Assembly: GCA_045614485.1 (NCBI GenBank)
Contig: JAZLCY010000133.1
Coordinates: forward strand, 1-39,226
Length of the DNA stretch: 39,226 nt
Direction of reading: 5' to 3'
Source: Eubacteriales bacterium
GTDB lineage: Bacteria; Bacillota; Clostridia; Oscillospirales; CAG-272
In this document: positions 9,661 through 18,790 of the stretch, piece by piece
How positions within the stretch are numbered: position 1 is the stretch's first letter
How the letters are laid out: each line of letters opens with the position of its first letter
Notes under the pieces: generated by a model
The model's database searches: none
The model's input: only the letters and a program-made list of their open reading frames with translations
Told to the model about the DNA's origin: nothing
Translations under genes and position numbers: made by a program

Positions 9661-10690
9661 CCCGATTTCCTTTCTCTTCAGTTACCCTCACACTGTTAAC
9701 ATCAACGTTTCGATCCTCAACAAAGCGGATTTTTACGCTTGGAAACAGTTGCGAAAGCCGAATTATATTTGATTTCCTTTGCCCTATTGCTTTTGAGAGC
9801 GAACCGCGGCTGACCGCTACCGTCAACTCCTCAAATGCTTCTTGGCTAAGGATTTTATTAATTTCTTCTTTAATCAGCTCGAAGTAATACTCGTTTTCAA
9901 CAAGCTCACCGAGAGCCGAGTGATTAGGGCCTGCGTAATAAGTGCTTTGTGCCGATAGATTTTCAGAAGCACACAGGCCTATTCTGATTACATTTATATT
10001 ACGCGCGCGCAATAATTTTAATACGGCAGCAGATCTTTTCACTGCGTCGTTCAAAGATAACGGTTTATAATCACCGATTTGAGCCATTTGGCATAGCTCA
10101 GTATCCTTAAACACTACCGTAGGATATATTCTTGCTGACGTGGCGCCCATATCAGCTATAAAACTCGCCGTTTCCAGCTCTGATTCCAAGGTAGAGCCCG
10201 GAAGACCGATCATCATCTGTCCAACAAGCTCAAGACCTGCATCAACTATCATTCTGCAGGCTTTTTCCTCGTCTTTTTTTGTATGTCCTCTTTTAGTCAG
10301 ATAGAGCACGTTATCGGAGCAGGACTGCAAGCCAAGCTCAACGGTTTTAACACCGCGACTTTTAAGTATGTCAAGTATCTGTTCGCTTATATAATCAGGA
10401 CGGGTTGAACACCTGATAGATTTTACAGCACCGGAAATGACGTACGTATATGCAATATCAAGAAGATTGCACATAAGATCACGGTCAATGCCTGTAAACG
10501 AACCGCCGAAAAATGCAATTTCAACGTCACATTCTCCGTTAATCGTAGACAAAGCATTATCTATTTCCGACTTGACAGAATTATAGTCAAATTCACCGAC
10601 GCCGGTTATCGTCCTTTGATTGCAGAAAACACAATTATTCGGGCATCCGAGGTGCGGTATAAATATCGGTATATTCGCGTGCCTTTTCAT
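9641..10690 (-). CDS. Radical SAM protein, ELP3-like core with no acetyltransferase domain; function unknown
   Basis: CxxxCxxC cluster motif near the N-terminus (HLGCPNNCVFCNQ). TIM-barrel-like radical SAM core followed by a ~100-aa C-terminal domain. The ATG overlaps the rnc stop (ATGA) and the 3' end overlaps smc by 20 nt. Confidence 0.8.
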   Translation of the reverse strand: MKRHANIPIFIPHLGCPNNCVFCNQRTITGVGEFDYNSVKSEIDNALSTINGECDVEIAFFGGSFTGIDRDLMCNLLDIAYTYVISGAVKSIRCSTRPDYISEQILDILKSRGVKTVELGLQSCSDNVLYLTKRGHTKKDEEKACRMIVDAGLELVGQMMIGLPGSTLESELETASFIADMGATSARIYPTVVFKDTELCQMAQIGDYKPLSLNDAVKRSAAVLKLLRARNINVIRIGLCASENLSAQSTYYAGPNHSALGELVENEYYFELIKEEINKILSQEAFEELTVAVSRGSLSKAIGQRKSNIIRLSQLFPSVKIRFVEDRNVDVNSVRVTEEKGNRDVFKIT

Positions 10691-11403
10691 ATTGAAACAC
10701 CGAAAAGCGAGAGCGCCTGCCTTGCTGCCTGCTGCTCTGCGTCCTTCTTGTTGTGCGACGTTCCAACACCGACAGAGTTGTTATTTACACGTGCTTCAAC
10801 GGTAAATATTTTATCGTGCTCCGGTCCTGCTTCGGAAACAACCGTATATTCAAGAATAGCCGAACCATCCTTTTCAACGAGTTGCTGAAGCATTGTTTTA
10901 TAATCACCGTTCTGAAGCACCTCAGCAGCATCGATCTCGTCGACAAACAACTTTAAGACAATATCCTTTGCACCATGTCTTGCAAAAGAACCCGAATCAA
11001 CGTATATAGCCGCAATAAGCGCCTCAAGCGCATCAGCCAATACCTTTGGCCGTTTGCGGCAATCGGTGTTTTCCTCTCCCCTGCCAAGATTGAGATAATC
11101 GCCAAGATTGATTCCGAGAGCAATCTGAGAGAGCGTTTTTTCACAAACGATTCCCTGGCGCATTTTAGTGAGCGCGCCCTCGCCCTTGTTCTTGAATTTG
11201 TCGTACAGATGCTCTGATATAACGAGTTCAAGAACCGTATCACCTAAAAACTCCAGTCTTTCATTGGACGGATATACGATTCCCCTGCTTTTCTGCTCGT
11301 ATGCGTAGGAGGAATGAGTAAGTGCATTCTGCAAAAGCGATATATCATTAAAGCTGTAGCCTATAACAGCCTGCAGTTCAACGACACTTTTACCTATTGC
11401 CAT
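10687..11403 (-). CDS. rnc: Ribonuclease III
   Basis: RNase III signature NERLEFLGDTVL plus a C-terminal dsRBD (…GPEHDKIFTVEARV…AEQQAARQAL). ATG 11403 has AAAGGAGG 7 nt upstream. The track's GTG at 11421 does not. Confidence 0.95.
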   Translation of the reverse strand: MAIGKSVVELQAVIGYSFNDISLLQNALTHSSYAYEQKSRGIVYPSNERLEFLGDTVLELVISEHLYDKFKNKGEGALTKMRQGIVCEKTLSQIALGINLGDYLNLGRGEENTDCRKRPKVLADALEALIAAIYVDSGSFARHGAKDIVLKLFVDEIDAAEVLQNGDYKTMLQQLVEKDGSAILEYTVVSEAGPEHDKIFTVEARVNNNSVGVGTSHNKKDAEQQAARQALSLFGVSI

Positions 11404-11430
11404 ACTATTTCCTCCTTTCACAAAATGTAA

Positions 11431-12780
11431 TTAATCTTTAAATTTCGGCGCATACTCGCGCTCAACCAATTCGAGTGAGCGACGTGCATACTCCTCGTTC
11501 CTAAACTTTTTGCCGCCCTTGACCTTTTTATCAAGAGGTGCTATTATTCCGTAATTCGCATTCATCGGCTGGAAGGTGGAACTTACACCGCCCCGGCTTA
11601 CGTATGCAGCAAGCGCACCGATCTCGGTCTGACTCGAGAATTCCATAGGCTCAAGTCCAAGCGCGAGGCGAGCCGCGTTTACTCCGGCAACGAAGCCCGA
11701 GCTTGTTGACTCAACGTACCCCTCAACACCTGTCATTTGTCCTGCAAAGAAAAGCTTATTGTTAGCTACAGTAGAATAAACGGGTGTCAAAAATCCGGGC
11801 GAATTAAGGTAGGTATTTCTGTGCATAACACCGTATCTGAAAAACTCTGCGTTTTCAAGGCCCGGTATCATACGAAAAACTCTTTTTTGCTCTCCGAACG
11901 TAAGGTGTGTTTGGAAACCAACGATATTATACATTGTTCCCTCTTTGTTCTCACGCCTTAACTGCACGGTTGCAAATGCATCCTCACCTGTTGTGGGAAG
12001 CGGAAGTCCAACAGGCTTCATCGGTCCAAATCGGAGAGTATCATATCCTCTTTTTGCCATTACCTCAACAGGCATGCACCCCTCAAATACGGTTAAATCT
12101 CCCTGCGACTTTTTATCGAACTCCTTGAGCTCGGCAACCTCAGCCGAAACAAGAGCATTATAGAATGCATCGTATTCTTCCTTTGTCATGGGGCAATTAA
12201 GATAATCTGTCATATCTCCCTTACCGTATCTTGACGCAAAGAAGGCTATTGACGTGTCTACCGTTGAAAAGTCAACGATAGGCGCAGCTGCATCAAAGAA
12301 GTGCAACTGATTTCCGCCAACAAGATCAGATATCCACTCTGCGAGCGGCTCGGACGTAAGGGGGCCTGTAGCGATAACGGTTACGGCATCGCCATCTATT
12401 TCACTTGCTTCCCCCTCGATAACCTTGATGTTGGGGTTTTCTTTAATTTTTTTAGTTATATACTCGCTGAACTCGGTTCTGTTGACCGCAAGTGCACTGC
12501 CTGCAGGCACTTCGGTTGCATGCGCCGCCTCCATGATAAGCGAGCCAAGAAGATCAAGCTCTGCCTTTAGAAGTCCAACAGCATTTGAAAGCTGATTCGA
12601 TCTAAGCGAATTGGAGCAAACAAGCTCTGCAAACGTTGGGCTATGGTGAGCGGGGGTGAACTTCTGAGGCTTCATCTCGTAAAGCTCAACAAAAGCACCC
12701 AGCTTAGCAGCCTGATAAGCCGCCTCGCAACCGGCAAGACCAGCACCTATAACTCTGACAACTGGTTTATCGCTCATCAC
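11431..12780 (-). CDS. trmFO: Methylenetetrahydrofolate-tRNA-(uracil54-C5)-methyltransferase TrmFO
   Basis: FAD-binding [12 protein letters not shown], then TrmFO/Gid-type sequence throughout. Start is GTG 12780 or ATG 12777. Both overlap the topA stop. Confidence 0.95.
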   Translation of the reverse strand: MMSDKPVVRVIGAGLAGCEAAYQAAKLGAFVELYEMKPQKFTPAHHSPTFAELVCSNSLRSNQLSNAVGLLKAELDLLGSLIMEAAHATEVPAGSALAVNRTEFSEYITKKIKENPNIKVIEGEASEIDGDAVTVIATGPLTSEPLAEWISDLVGGNQLHFFDAAAPIVDFSTVDTSIAFFASRYGKGDMTDYLNCPMTKEEYDAFYNALVSAEVAELKEFDKKSQGDLTVFEGCMPVEVMAKRGYDTLRFGPMKPVGLPLPTTGEDAFATVQLRRENKEGTMYNIVGFQTHLTFGEQKRVFRMIPGLENAEFFRYGVMHRNTYLNSPGFLTPVYSTVANNKLFFAGQMTGVEGYVESTSSGFVAGVNAARLALGLEPMEFSSQTEIGALAAYVSRGGVSSTFQPMNANYGIIAPLDKKVKGGKKFRNEEYARRSLELVEREYAPKFKD

Positions 12781-15038
12781 TCAATTACCGTCATTTCCTC
12801 ATCTCTTTTGTATCCGCAAGCCTTGTTTTTGCAGATAACAGCCTTTTTGCTCTTGCGATAGAAGAGCATCTCGTTACAATCGGGGCACTTCTGCGCCAAA
12901 GGCATATCCCATGAAGAGAAATCACACTCGGGATATTTCTCGCAGCTATAGAAAAGTGTTTTTCCGCGGCCGTGCCTTGCAAGAACCTTAGAGCCACAGT
13001 TGGGGCAGGAAGCTCCTGTTTCGACAGTCTTCTGCTTTGTGAATGAGCACTTGGGATAATTGGAGCAAGCATAGAACTCACCGAAGCGGCCGTTTCTTAC
13101 AAGCATATCCGCACCGCACTTCTCACAGGTGAAGCCTGCTGACTCAACCTTCTTTTCCTTTACAGGCTCAACGATATTGCCATCCTTATCCACTGCCTTG
13201 GTATTCTTGCAAGCAGGATAGTTGGGGCAAGCGAGGAACTTACCGAAGCGACCGTTCTTATAGATCATCTTTGATCCGCACTTATCACATTCAATATCGC
13301 TCTCTTCATACTCGACCTCGATCTTGATCTTAGAATCGAGCTTGGATGCAGCCTGCATCTCCTCATCAAACTTATTGTAAAAACGGGATATTGTTTCAAC
13401 AATGTCGTTCTCATTATTTTCGATGGAGTCAAGCGCATTCTCCATCTGTGCTGTGTACTCCTCGTCTATGATCTCCGGGAAGTACTGGCGCATAAAGTTG
13501 GTTGTTGCCGCGCCAAGTTCTGTACCTACAAGAGATTTACCGTCGCGCTTAACGTATTCTCTTGAAACTATCGTAGATATTATGGGGGCATAGGTAGAAG
13601 GTCTGCCTATACCGTTATCCTTAAGGAACTTAATAAGCGAAGCCTCTGTATATCTTGCAGGCGGCTCGGTGAAATGCTGCTGCTTGCGTATATCGGAAAC
13701 GTCAAGCATTTCGCCCTCTTGAAGATTAGGCAAGCCAAGAAGATTGATCTCCTCGTTATCCTGATCAAAATACTCGGTTTCATAAACTGCCATAAAGCCC
13801 TTGGACTTTATAACGTATCCGCCTGTTTTGAATATATATCCGGAGTTCTCAAGGTCAACAGACACAGTATCAAACACAGCGGCTTCCATCTGGCTGGCAA
13901 CAAATCTTTCCCAAATGAGCTTATAGAGTTTGTACTGATCGGACGTGAGCATCTTCTTAAGCATATTGGGTTCAAGATGAACGTTGGCAGGTCTTATAGC
14001 CTCGTGCGCATCCTGTGCATTCGCACCCGTTTTATAGGTGCGCTTGGTCTTAGGGATATATTCTTCACCGTAGTTTTTCTCAATATATTCTCTTGCAGCC
14101 TCCTGAGCCGACTCAGAAATTCGCTGAGAATCTGTACGCATATAGGTGATCAAACCCTGAACACCGCCGTATGCAGTGCCAAGATTCAAACCGTCGTAAA
14201 GCTCCTGTGCAACCTTCATTATCTTCTGCGCCTGGAATCCGAGCTTGATCGAGGCTTCCTGCTGAAGAGATGACGTCTCAAAAGGAGGCGCAGGCTGCTT
14301 GCGCTTTTCAGCGCGCTTAACCGAAACCACCTTGAACTTATTGTCCTTGATTTTATTAAGAACGGCCATAGTGTCTGCCTCGCAAGAGAGCTTGGCCTTG
14401 CCGCGCTTGTTACCGTAAAACTTTACAAGAGTAGGTGCATCACCTGTAACAAGGTCTGCCTCAAGTGTCCAATACTCCTGGGGAACGAAGGAGCTGATCT
14501 CCTCTTCTCTATCTGTGATAACTCTCATAGCAACCGACTGAACTCGTCCGCCCGAAAGTCCGCTCTTAAGATTTTTCCAAAGAACCTCGCTGAGATTAAA
14601 GCCAATAAGTCTATCGAGAATACGGCGAGCCTGCTGTGAATTAACAAGGCTCTCATTGATCCTTCTCGGATTCTTTATAGCTTCCTTTACAGCACTTTTT
14701 GTAACCTCGTTAAAGGTTATCCTGCATTCCTTTTCCTTAGGAATACCAAGCTCCTCAGCAATATGCCAAGAGATAGCCTCTCCCTCACGGTCAGGGTCTG
14801 TTGCGAGGAATATCTTGGAAGCGCTCTTAGCCTCCTTCTTAAGCTCCTTGATAACGTCACCTTTTCCGCGAATGTTTATATAGCGCGGCTCAAAATTGTT
14901 TTCAACATCAATACCAAGGCTGCTCTTAGGCAGGTCTCTGATATGGCCCTTTGATGCGATAACCTTATAATTTGAGCCGAGATAACTCTTTATTGTATTT
15001 GCCTTTGCAGGCGATTCCACTATTACTAAATTTGACAT
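12777..15038 (-). CDS. topA: DNA topoisomerase I with four C-terminal C4 zinc ribbons
   Basis: [17 protein letters not shown] Toprim N-terminus, and the region expected to contain the catalytic Tyr. Four repeats of the type C-x2-C...C-x(4-6)-C (e.g. [27 protein letters not shown]). Start is ambiguous: ATG 15038 gives the canonical N-terminus but its SD is ~14 nt away. The TTG at 15062 overlaps the dprA stop. Confidence 0.93.
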   Translation of the reverse strand: MSNLVIVESPAKANTIKSYLGSNYKVIASKGHIRDLPKSSLGIDVENNFEPRYINIRGKGDVIKELKKEAKSASKIFLATDPDREGEAISWHIAEELGIPKEKECRITFNEVTKSAVKEAIKNPRRINESLVNSQQARRILDRLIGFNLSEVLWKNLKSGLSGGRVQSVAMRVITDREEEISSFVPQEYWTLEADLVTGDAPTLVKFYGNKRGKAKLSCEADTMAVLNKIKDNKFKVVSVKRAEKRKQPAPPFETSSLQQEASIKLGFQAQKIMKVAQELYDGLNLGTAYGGVQGLITYMRTDSQRISESAQEAAREYIEKNYGEEYIPKTKRTYKTGANAQDAHEAIRPANVHLEPNMLKKMLTSDQYKLYKLIWERFVASQMEAAVFDTVSVDLENSGYIFKTGGYVIKSKGFMAVYETEYFDQDNEEINLLGLPNLQEGEMLDVSDIRKQQHFTEPPARYTEASLIKFLKDNGIGRPSTYAPIISTIVSREYVKRDGKSLVGTELGAATTNFMRQYFPEIIDEEYTAQMENALDSIENNENDIVETISRFYNKFDEEMQAASKLDSKIKIEVEYEESDIECDKCGSKMIYKNGRFGKFLACPNYPACKNTKAVDKDGNIVEPVKEKKVESAGFTCEKCGADMLVRNGRFGEFYACSNYPKCSFTKQKTVETGASCPNCGSKVLARHGRGKTLFYSCEKYPECDFSSWDMPLAQKCPDCNEMLFYRKSKKAVICKNKACGYKRDEEMTVIE

Positions 15039-15058
15039 GCTAATGAACTGTATTCCTT

Positions 15059-16330
15059 TCAAAATTTGCGGCGCACTCTTTCACCGGGCAACATATCGAC
15101 AAGCTTCATCATTTCAAGCTTCAGAAGCCCTTTCATTACGTCTCTTAACGTGCGCTCATCACTGACAAGCTCCTCGATCGCACAACCGTCATCGCCAAGC
15201 GGCACGGATTTATACAGTGCAAGAGCTTTCTTGTCAATACCGTCAATTACCGGTTCTATTTTATTTTGCTCAACTGCCTCGTTCTTATCAGTCTTAACCA
15301 TCACTTCACCCGAAGGTGCTGAGGTCTCACTCTTTTTGGTATTACGTCTATAAACCTTGTCGTCGGTGCACAAAGCTGACACAGAGTACTTAATAAGCTC
15401 CTCTTCAAGAGATATTCTGTCGCTATCCACGATCTTGAACGGATTTAATATTCCACATGACTTATCCGCATAATCCCTGATGATATCATCTGCGGCGGTG
15501 CAAAGCTTTGCACCGTTTTTGATCAATAGATTCGTTAACTGGCTTGTAGGACTGCCAACGTTACCGGGAAGTGCGTAAACAACCCTATCCTGCTCCTTGG
15601 CATGCCTTGCTGTGAGGAGTGCACCGCTCTTTTCCTTTCCCTCAATAACAAGAGTTATCTCAGAAAGACCGCTTATTATTCTGTTACGGACAGGAAAATT
15701 CTCTCTGTTAGGACGGGTTCCGGGTGCATACTCAGTCATAACACAACCGCTCTTTACGATCGCGCGAGCAAGCCTAACATGTGAATCGGGATAACAAACG
15801 TCAATACCCGAGCCGATAACAGCTACAGTTTTCCCACCGCAAGACAAAGCACCCGCATGGGCAACTCCGTCTATACCGATCGCCATACCCGATACAATAA
15901 GCGCACCTGCGCGAGCAAGGTCGCGAGAGATCGTGAAAGCATTTTTCTTGCCGTACTCGGTTAATCTGCGAGTTCCAACCACAGAAATAGGAAAAGCTTC
16001 TCTGAAATCCGGAAGAATACCGCGGTAATACAGAAGCACCGGTGGGTTGGAGATACGGCGCAAGCGCTCAGGATAATTCCCGTCGCTATACGTGAGTATA
16101 CCAACTCTCTTTTCAACGCAAAAATCAAGCACAGCCTGTGCACCCTCAAGATTCTTATCGGTGATTGCCCTATAATCCCTTGACTTAGACGTGATCAGAG
16201 ATGCGATAACATCATCACTTGCTTCAAATATATCCTTGGCATCCTTGAATTTTTCAAGAAGCTTACCAAATGTAGATGAGCCGGGGGTACATGCCATTGA
16301 AAGCCAGATCCAATACAAATTGTTATTCAT
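15059..16330 (-). CDS. dprA: DNA processing protein DprA/Smf
   Basis: Rossmann-like DprA core (VVGTRRLTEYG..., SGMAIGIDGVAHAGAL, GALLTARHAKEQDRVVYALPG) with a C-terminal winged-helix-like extension. ATG 16330 is preceded by GGGGAGGG. Confidence 0.9.
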   Translation of the reverse strand: MNNNLYWIWLSMACTPGSSTFGKLLEKFKDAKDIFEASDDVIASLITSKSRDYRAITDKNLEGAQAVLDFCVEKRVGILTYSDGNYPERLRRISNPPVLLYYRGILPDFREAFPISVVGTRRLTEYGKKNAFTISRDLARAGALIVSGMAIGIDGVAHAGALSCGGKTVAVIGSGIDVCYPDSHVRLARAIVKSGCVMTEYAPGTRPNRENFPVRNRIISGLSEITLVIEGKEKSGALLTARHAKEQDRVVYALPGNVGSPTSQLTNLLIKNGAKLCTAADDIIRDYADKSCGILNPFKIVDSDRISLEEELIKYSVSALCTDDKVYRRNTKKSETSAPSGEVMVKTDKNEAVEQNKIEPVIDGIDKKALALYKSVPLGDDGCAIEELVSDERTLRDVMKGLLKLEMMKLVDMLPGERVRRKF

Positions 16331-16352
16331 TGACACACCCTCCCCGAAATAA

Positions 16353-17186
16353 TTACGTCCTTGATTGCTCCCACATCAAGACTGATGCCGCTATGGAAGC
16401 ATTTAAAGACTCTGTTTTACTTGAGATAGGAATGTAAACACTGCCGGTACAACGTTCTGATATTTCCCTGTCGATGCCGTGCCCCTCATTTCCGATAACG
16501 AAAACGTCGGAGGCTGTCGGATGAACATCAAGAACAGATGTTGCAGTTTCTGTGAGCTCTGCCGCATAAACGTTTCTGCCGTTGGCAACAGCAGAATCAA
16601 CAAACGAGCCAAAGTCTTTAACCACGGTTATTCTGATCTTAAAAAGACCGCCCATGGCACTTCTTGCAACCTTGGAATTATACACGTCTGTAGTATCAGC
16701 CGACAAAACAAGGTGCTCGATCCCGAACGCAACCGCGCTTCTTATTATTGCTCCGAGATTACCCGGATCACGCAATGAATAGAGCGCAACTGCCTTTTCA
16801 TCCCTCTTCAAAAAAAAGTCTTCCTTATATATTATATCCAACTCTTTGAAAATGTCAAGATATTTTATAATACTTATAACACCTTGAGGTGCTTTTTCTG
16901 AAGAAATTTTTTCAAAAACCTCGTCTGTAACTTTAATCACCTCTGTCTTATCATACCTTGCAGAATCAAAGTAAAGAAACAGGCTTTTTTCTATTTTTTC
17001 ATACCTTGATTCAGCTATGATAAGATGGGTGATTTCAAGCTCCGAAAGTGCGGCTTCAATAGTGAGTTTCTCGCCTTCTGCCGCAAAACATCTATGCAAA
17101 TCTCTATATTTTTTCTCTTTGAGCGAAGCAAGCCACTTAACAGTGTTATTCTGCCTGCTACTTAAAATTTCACTACGAAAAATCAT
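16353..17186 (-). CDS. TrmH/SpoU-family RNA 2'-O-methyltransferase
   Basis: SpoU motifs (DPGNLGAIIRSAVAFG, VFVIGNEGHGI, IPISSKTESLNASIAASVLMWE) with an N-terminal substrate-binding-type domain. AAGGA 6 nt upstream of the ATG. Confidence 0.85.
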   Translation of the reverse strand: MIFRSEILSSRQNNTVKWLASLKEKKYRDLHRCFAAEGEKLTIEAALSELEITHLIIAESRYEKIEKSLFLYFDSARYDKTEVIKVTDEVFEKISSEKAPQGVISIIKYLDIFKELDIIYKEDFFLKRDEKAVALYSLRDPGNLGAIIRSAVAFGIEHLVLSADTTDVYNSKVARSAMGGLFKIRITVVKDFGSFVDSAVANGRNVYAAELTETATSVLDVHPTASDVFVIGNEGHGIDREISERCTGSVYIPISSKTESLNASIAASVLMWEQSRT

Positions 17187-17203
17187 GTCAAATCCTTATA
17201 TTT

Positions 17204-17235
17204 AAAATCCCGGTCGACCTTGCGGAAGACCGGGA
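17204..17235 (-). terminator. Intrinsic terminator after rplT
   Basis: Minus-strand RNA reads UCCCGGUC-UU-CC-GCAA-GG-UC-GACCGGGA. This is an 8-bp GC-rich stem, a 2x2 internal loop, 2 bp and a GNRA tetraloop, followed by only UUUU then AAAUAUAAGGA, which contains the SD of the next gene. Confidence 0.7.
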
Positions 17236-17242
17236 AATTATA

Positions 17243-17596
17243 TTAAAGTGCAGCCTTAGCCATTTCGCAAATCTTTGCAAAAGCTTCCTTATCAGAAACT
17301 GCAAGTTCTGCGAGCATCTTTCTGTTGAGATCGATTCCTGCAACCTTGATTCCGTGCATAAGTGTAGAGTAGTTCATACCGTTTACCTTAGCCTGTGCGG
17401 AAATTCTGGTGATCCAGAGAGAACGGAAATCTCTCTTCTTCATCTTACGTCCAGCAAATGCATAGTTACCGCTCTTAAGAACAGCCTGCTTTGCCATCTT
17501 GAAATGCTTGGACTTTGCTCCCCAATAACCCTTAGCGGCCTTGAGTATGCTCTTTCTTCTCTTGCGCGTCATAAGCGCACCCTTAATTCTAGCCAT
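17243..17596 (-). CDS. rplT: 50S ribosomal protein L20
   Basis: [39 protein letters not shown]... is canonical L20. Confidence 0.97.
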   Translation of the reverse strand: MARIKGALMTRKRRKSILKAAKGYWGAKSKHFKMAKQAVLKSGNYAFAGRKMKKRDFRSLWITRISAQAKVNGMNYSTLMHGIKVAGIDLNRKMLAELAVSDKEAFAKICEMAKAAL

Positions 17597-17632
17597 TTTC
17601 TATCTTCCTCCAAATTTTCTCTTAATACCCTA

Positions 17633-17827
17633 TTACTTCTGAATAAGGGTTCTGTAAGTAGGTGCGAAGCACTCGCTAAGAATAGCGCCCTTGCGAAGAC
17701 CTCTCTTACGCTTTGCGGTCTTGTGACCGAGGTTGTGACGATGGTTGTTGTGAGACATCTTTACCTTACCGCCGCCGGTGAGAGAAAATCTCTTGGCAGA
17801 TGCCTTATGTGTCTTAATCTTTCCCAT
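17633..17827 (-). CDS. rpmI: 50S ribosomal protein L35
   Basis: MGKIKTHKASAKRFSLTGGGKVKMSHNNHRHNLGHKTAKRKR... is canonical L35. AAAGGAGAA SD. Confidence 0.96.
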   Translation of the reverse strand: MGKIKTHKASAKRFSLTGGGKVKMSHNNHRHNLGHKTAKRKRGLRKGAILSECFAPTYRTLIQK

Positions 17828-17894
17828 TTTTGTTCTCCTTTTTGGTTTGACCCTTTTTTAATACAAATTCAATTAATGAATTAAGATTAACAAA

Positions 17895-18428
17895 TTACTT
17901 TTTCTCCGGCTTAACAGGAGAAAGGATGATCGACATGAATCGACCCTCGAGAATCGGCTTCTTCTCCGCAACACCTGAACCGCGGCAAGCCTCCTCAAAC
18001 TTCTCAATAACCTCTCTACCAAGATCCATATGTGCCATTTCTCTTCCCTTGAATCGAACGACAGCCTTAACCTTATTTCCCTCGGCAAGAAATTTCTTAG
18101 CGTGATTTACTCTGGTATCAAAATCGTGCTGCTCAATGCGGCAAGAAAGCTGAACCTCTTTTACTTTAACGATAACCTGCTTTTTCTTCGCTTCCTTTTC
18201 TCTCTTATCACGTTCGAAGCAGAACTTACCGTAATCAACCGCGCGGCAAACGGGCGGTGTTGCATTAGGAACGATAAGAACAAGATCAACGCCGTTGTTG
18301 TAAGCGAAGGAACGCGCATCATCAATCTTCATGATGCCAACCTGCTCGTTATTAGGGCCGATTACTCTTACCTCTTGTGCCTTAATTTCCTCATTGATAA
18401 GTAAATCCTTGGTGTTGTTAGCGCTAAT
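17895..18428 (-). CDS. infC: Translation initiation factor IF-3, ATT start codon
   Basis: The track gives only the ATG-initiated 145 aa (18332). The frame stays open upstream and reads I-SANNTKDLLINEEIKAQEVRVIGPNNEQVGIMKIDDA, the conserved IF-3 N-domain. ATT at 18428..18426 sits 9 nt after GGAGG (18442..18438). A non-canonical AUU start is the known infC autoregulatory feature. Confidence 0.9.
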   Translation of the reverse strand: MSANNTKDLLINEEIKAQEVRVIGPNNEQVGIMKIDDARSFAYNNGVDLVLIVPNATPPVCRAVDYGKFCFERDKREKEAKKKQVIVKVKEVQLSCRIEQHDFDTRVNHAKKFLAEGNKVKAVVRFKGREMAHMDLGREVIEKFEEACRGSGVAEKKPILEGRFMSIILSPVKPEKK

Positions 18429-18442
18429 TGTTTTGTACCTCC

Positions 18443-18479
18443 AAAAACAAAAAATGCATACAGAGAAACTCCGTACGCA
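18443..18479 (-). terminator. Leader attenuator terminator upstream of infC
   Basis: Minus-strand RNA reads UGCGUACGG-aguuucu-CUGUAUGCA (9 bp including 2 G-U pairs), followed by UUUUUUGUUUUU running straight into the infC SD. Confidence 0.6.
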
Positions 18480-18590
18480 CCCAACTATCCCCCACTTTCA
18501 GCTAATTAGAGAGGGTTATTTACCATACGCACTCGTGTGGTATGGTGAGAACGGAATTCTGCTTGTTTTAAAAGCCTTTCGCTTTTTACG
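18443..18590 (-). promoter_or_regulatory. L20-type ribosomal-protein leader of the infC-rpmI-rplT operon
   Basis: ~150-nt 5' UTR between a consensus promoter and the infC SD. Hairpins: AAAAGC-gaaag-GCUUUU (about 18570-18586), ACCAUAC-N11-GUAUGGU (18522..18546), CCCUC...GGGGG, then the terminator. Its position and architecture match the Bacillota L20 leader attenuator. Not verified against a covariance model. Confidence 0.6.
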
Positions 18591-18596
18591 TAGTGT

Positions 18597-18625
18597 ATTA
18601 TATCATCTTTGGTAGCAAATGTCAA
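18597..18625 (-). promoter_or_regulatory. Sigma-A promoter for infC-rpmI-rplT
   Basis: Minus strand reads TTGACA (18625..18620), a 17-nt spacer, then TATAAT (18602..18597). Both hexamers match consensus perfectly. Confidence 0.75.
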
Positions 18626-18720
18626 TAGGATTTTCAAAAAAATTCGTGTTTTTTTCAACGGTTCTTTCTCAAGCCTCTGTTACAAATTTGCTGAAAATAT
18701 TTTAAATCTTTGTAAAAGTA

Positions 18721-18749
18721 TAGACTTTTTAGAATAGTTATGATATAAT
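18721..18749 (+). promoter_or_regulatory. Candidate sigma-A promoter for lon (extended -10)
   Basis: TAGACT (18721..18726), a 17-nt spacer, then TATAAT (18744..18749), preceded by TGA (TGnTATAAT). This places the transcription start (TSS) near 18756, about 35 nt upstream of ATG 18791. Confidence 0.55.
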
Positions 18750-18790
18750 GTAATTTGATTTATTATATACACACGCGAGGAACTCATAAA

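Noticed and set aside
18331-18615. 94-aa plus-strand ORF crossing the infC 5' end and leader.
   Set aside because: It is antisense to the infC N-domain and to the structured leader and terminator. It has no SD, and the region is fully explained by the promoter, L20-type leader and ATT-initiated infC.
18429-18790. Whether the divergent strand-switch region could be a replication origin, or carry heat-shock operators for lon.
   Set aside because: I found no TTATCCACA-type DnaA boxes, no CIRCE inverted repeat (TTAGCACTC-N9-GAGTGCTAA) and no CtsR-type GGTCAAA repeats. The region is only moderately AT-rich and is accounted for by two promoters and a leader.
18755-18790. N-terminal extensions in the ORF track for lon (18755), and likewise rsfS (2671), LCP (3621), yhbY (5157), rnc (11421), topA (15062), dprA (16336) and araC (37877).
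   Set aside because: The longest-ORF starts (often GTG or TTG) lack an SD. All except topA have a downstream start with AAGGAG-like SD spacing of 5-9 nt and a canonical family N-terminus. For topA the downstream ATG was chosen for its canonical N-terminus alone, and that start remains ambiguous. For lon the extension would begin at the predicted TSS.
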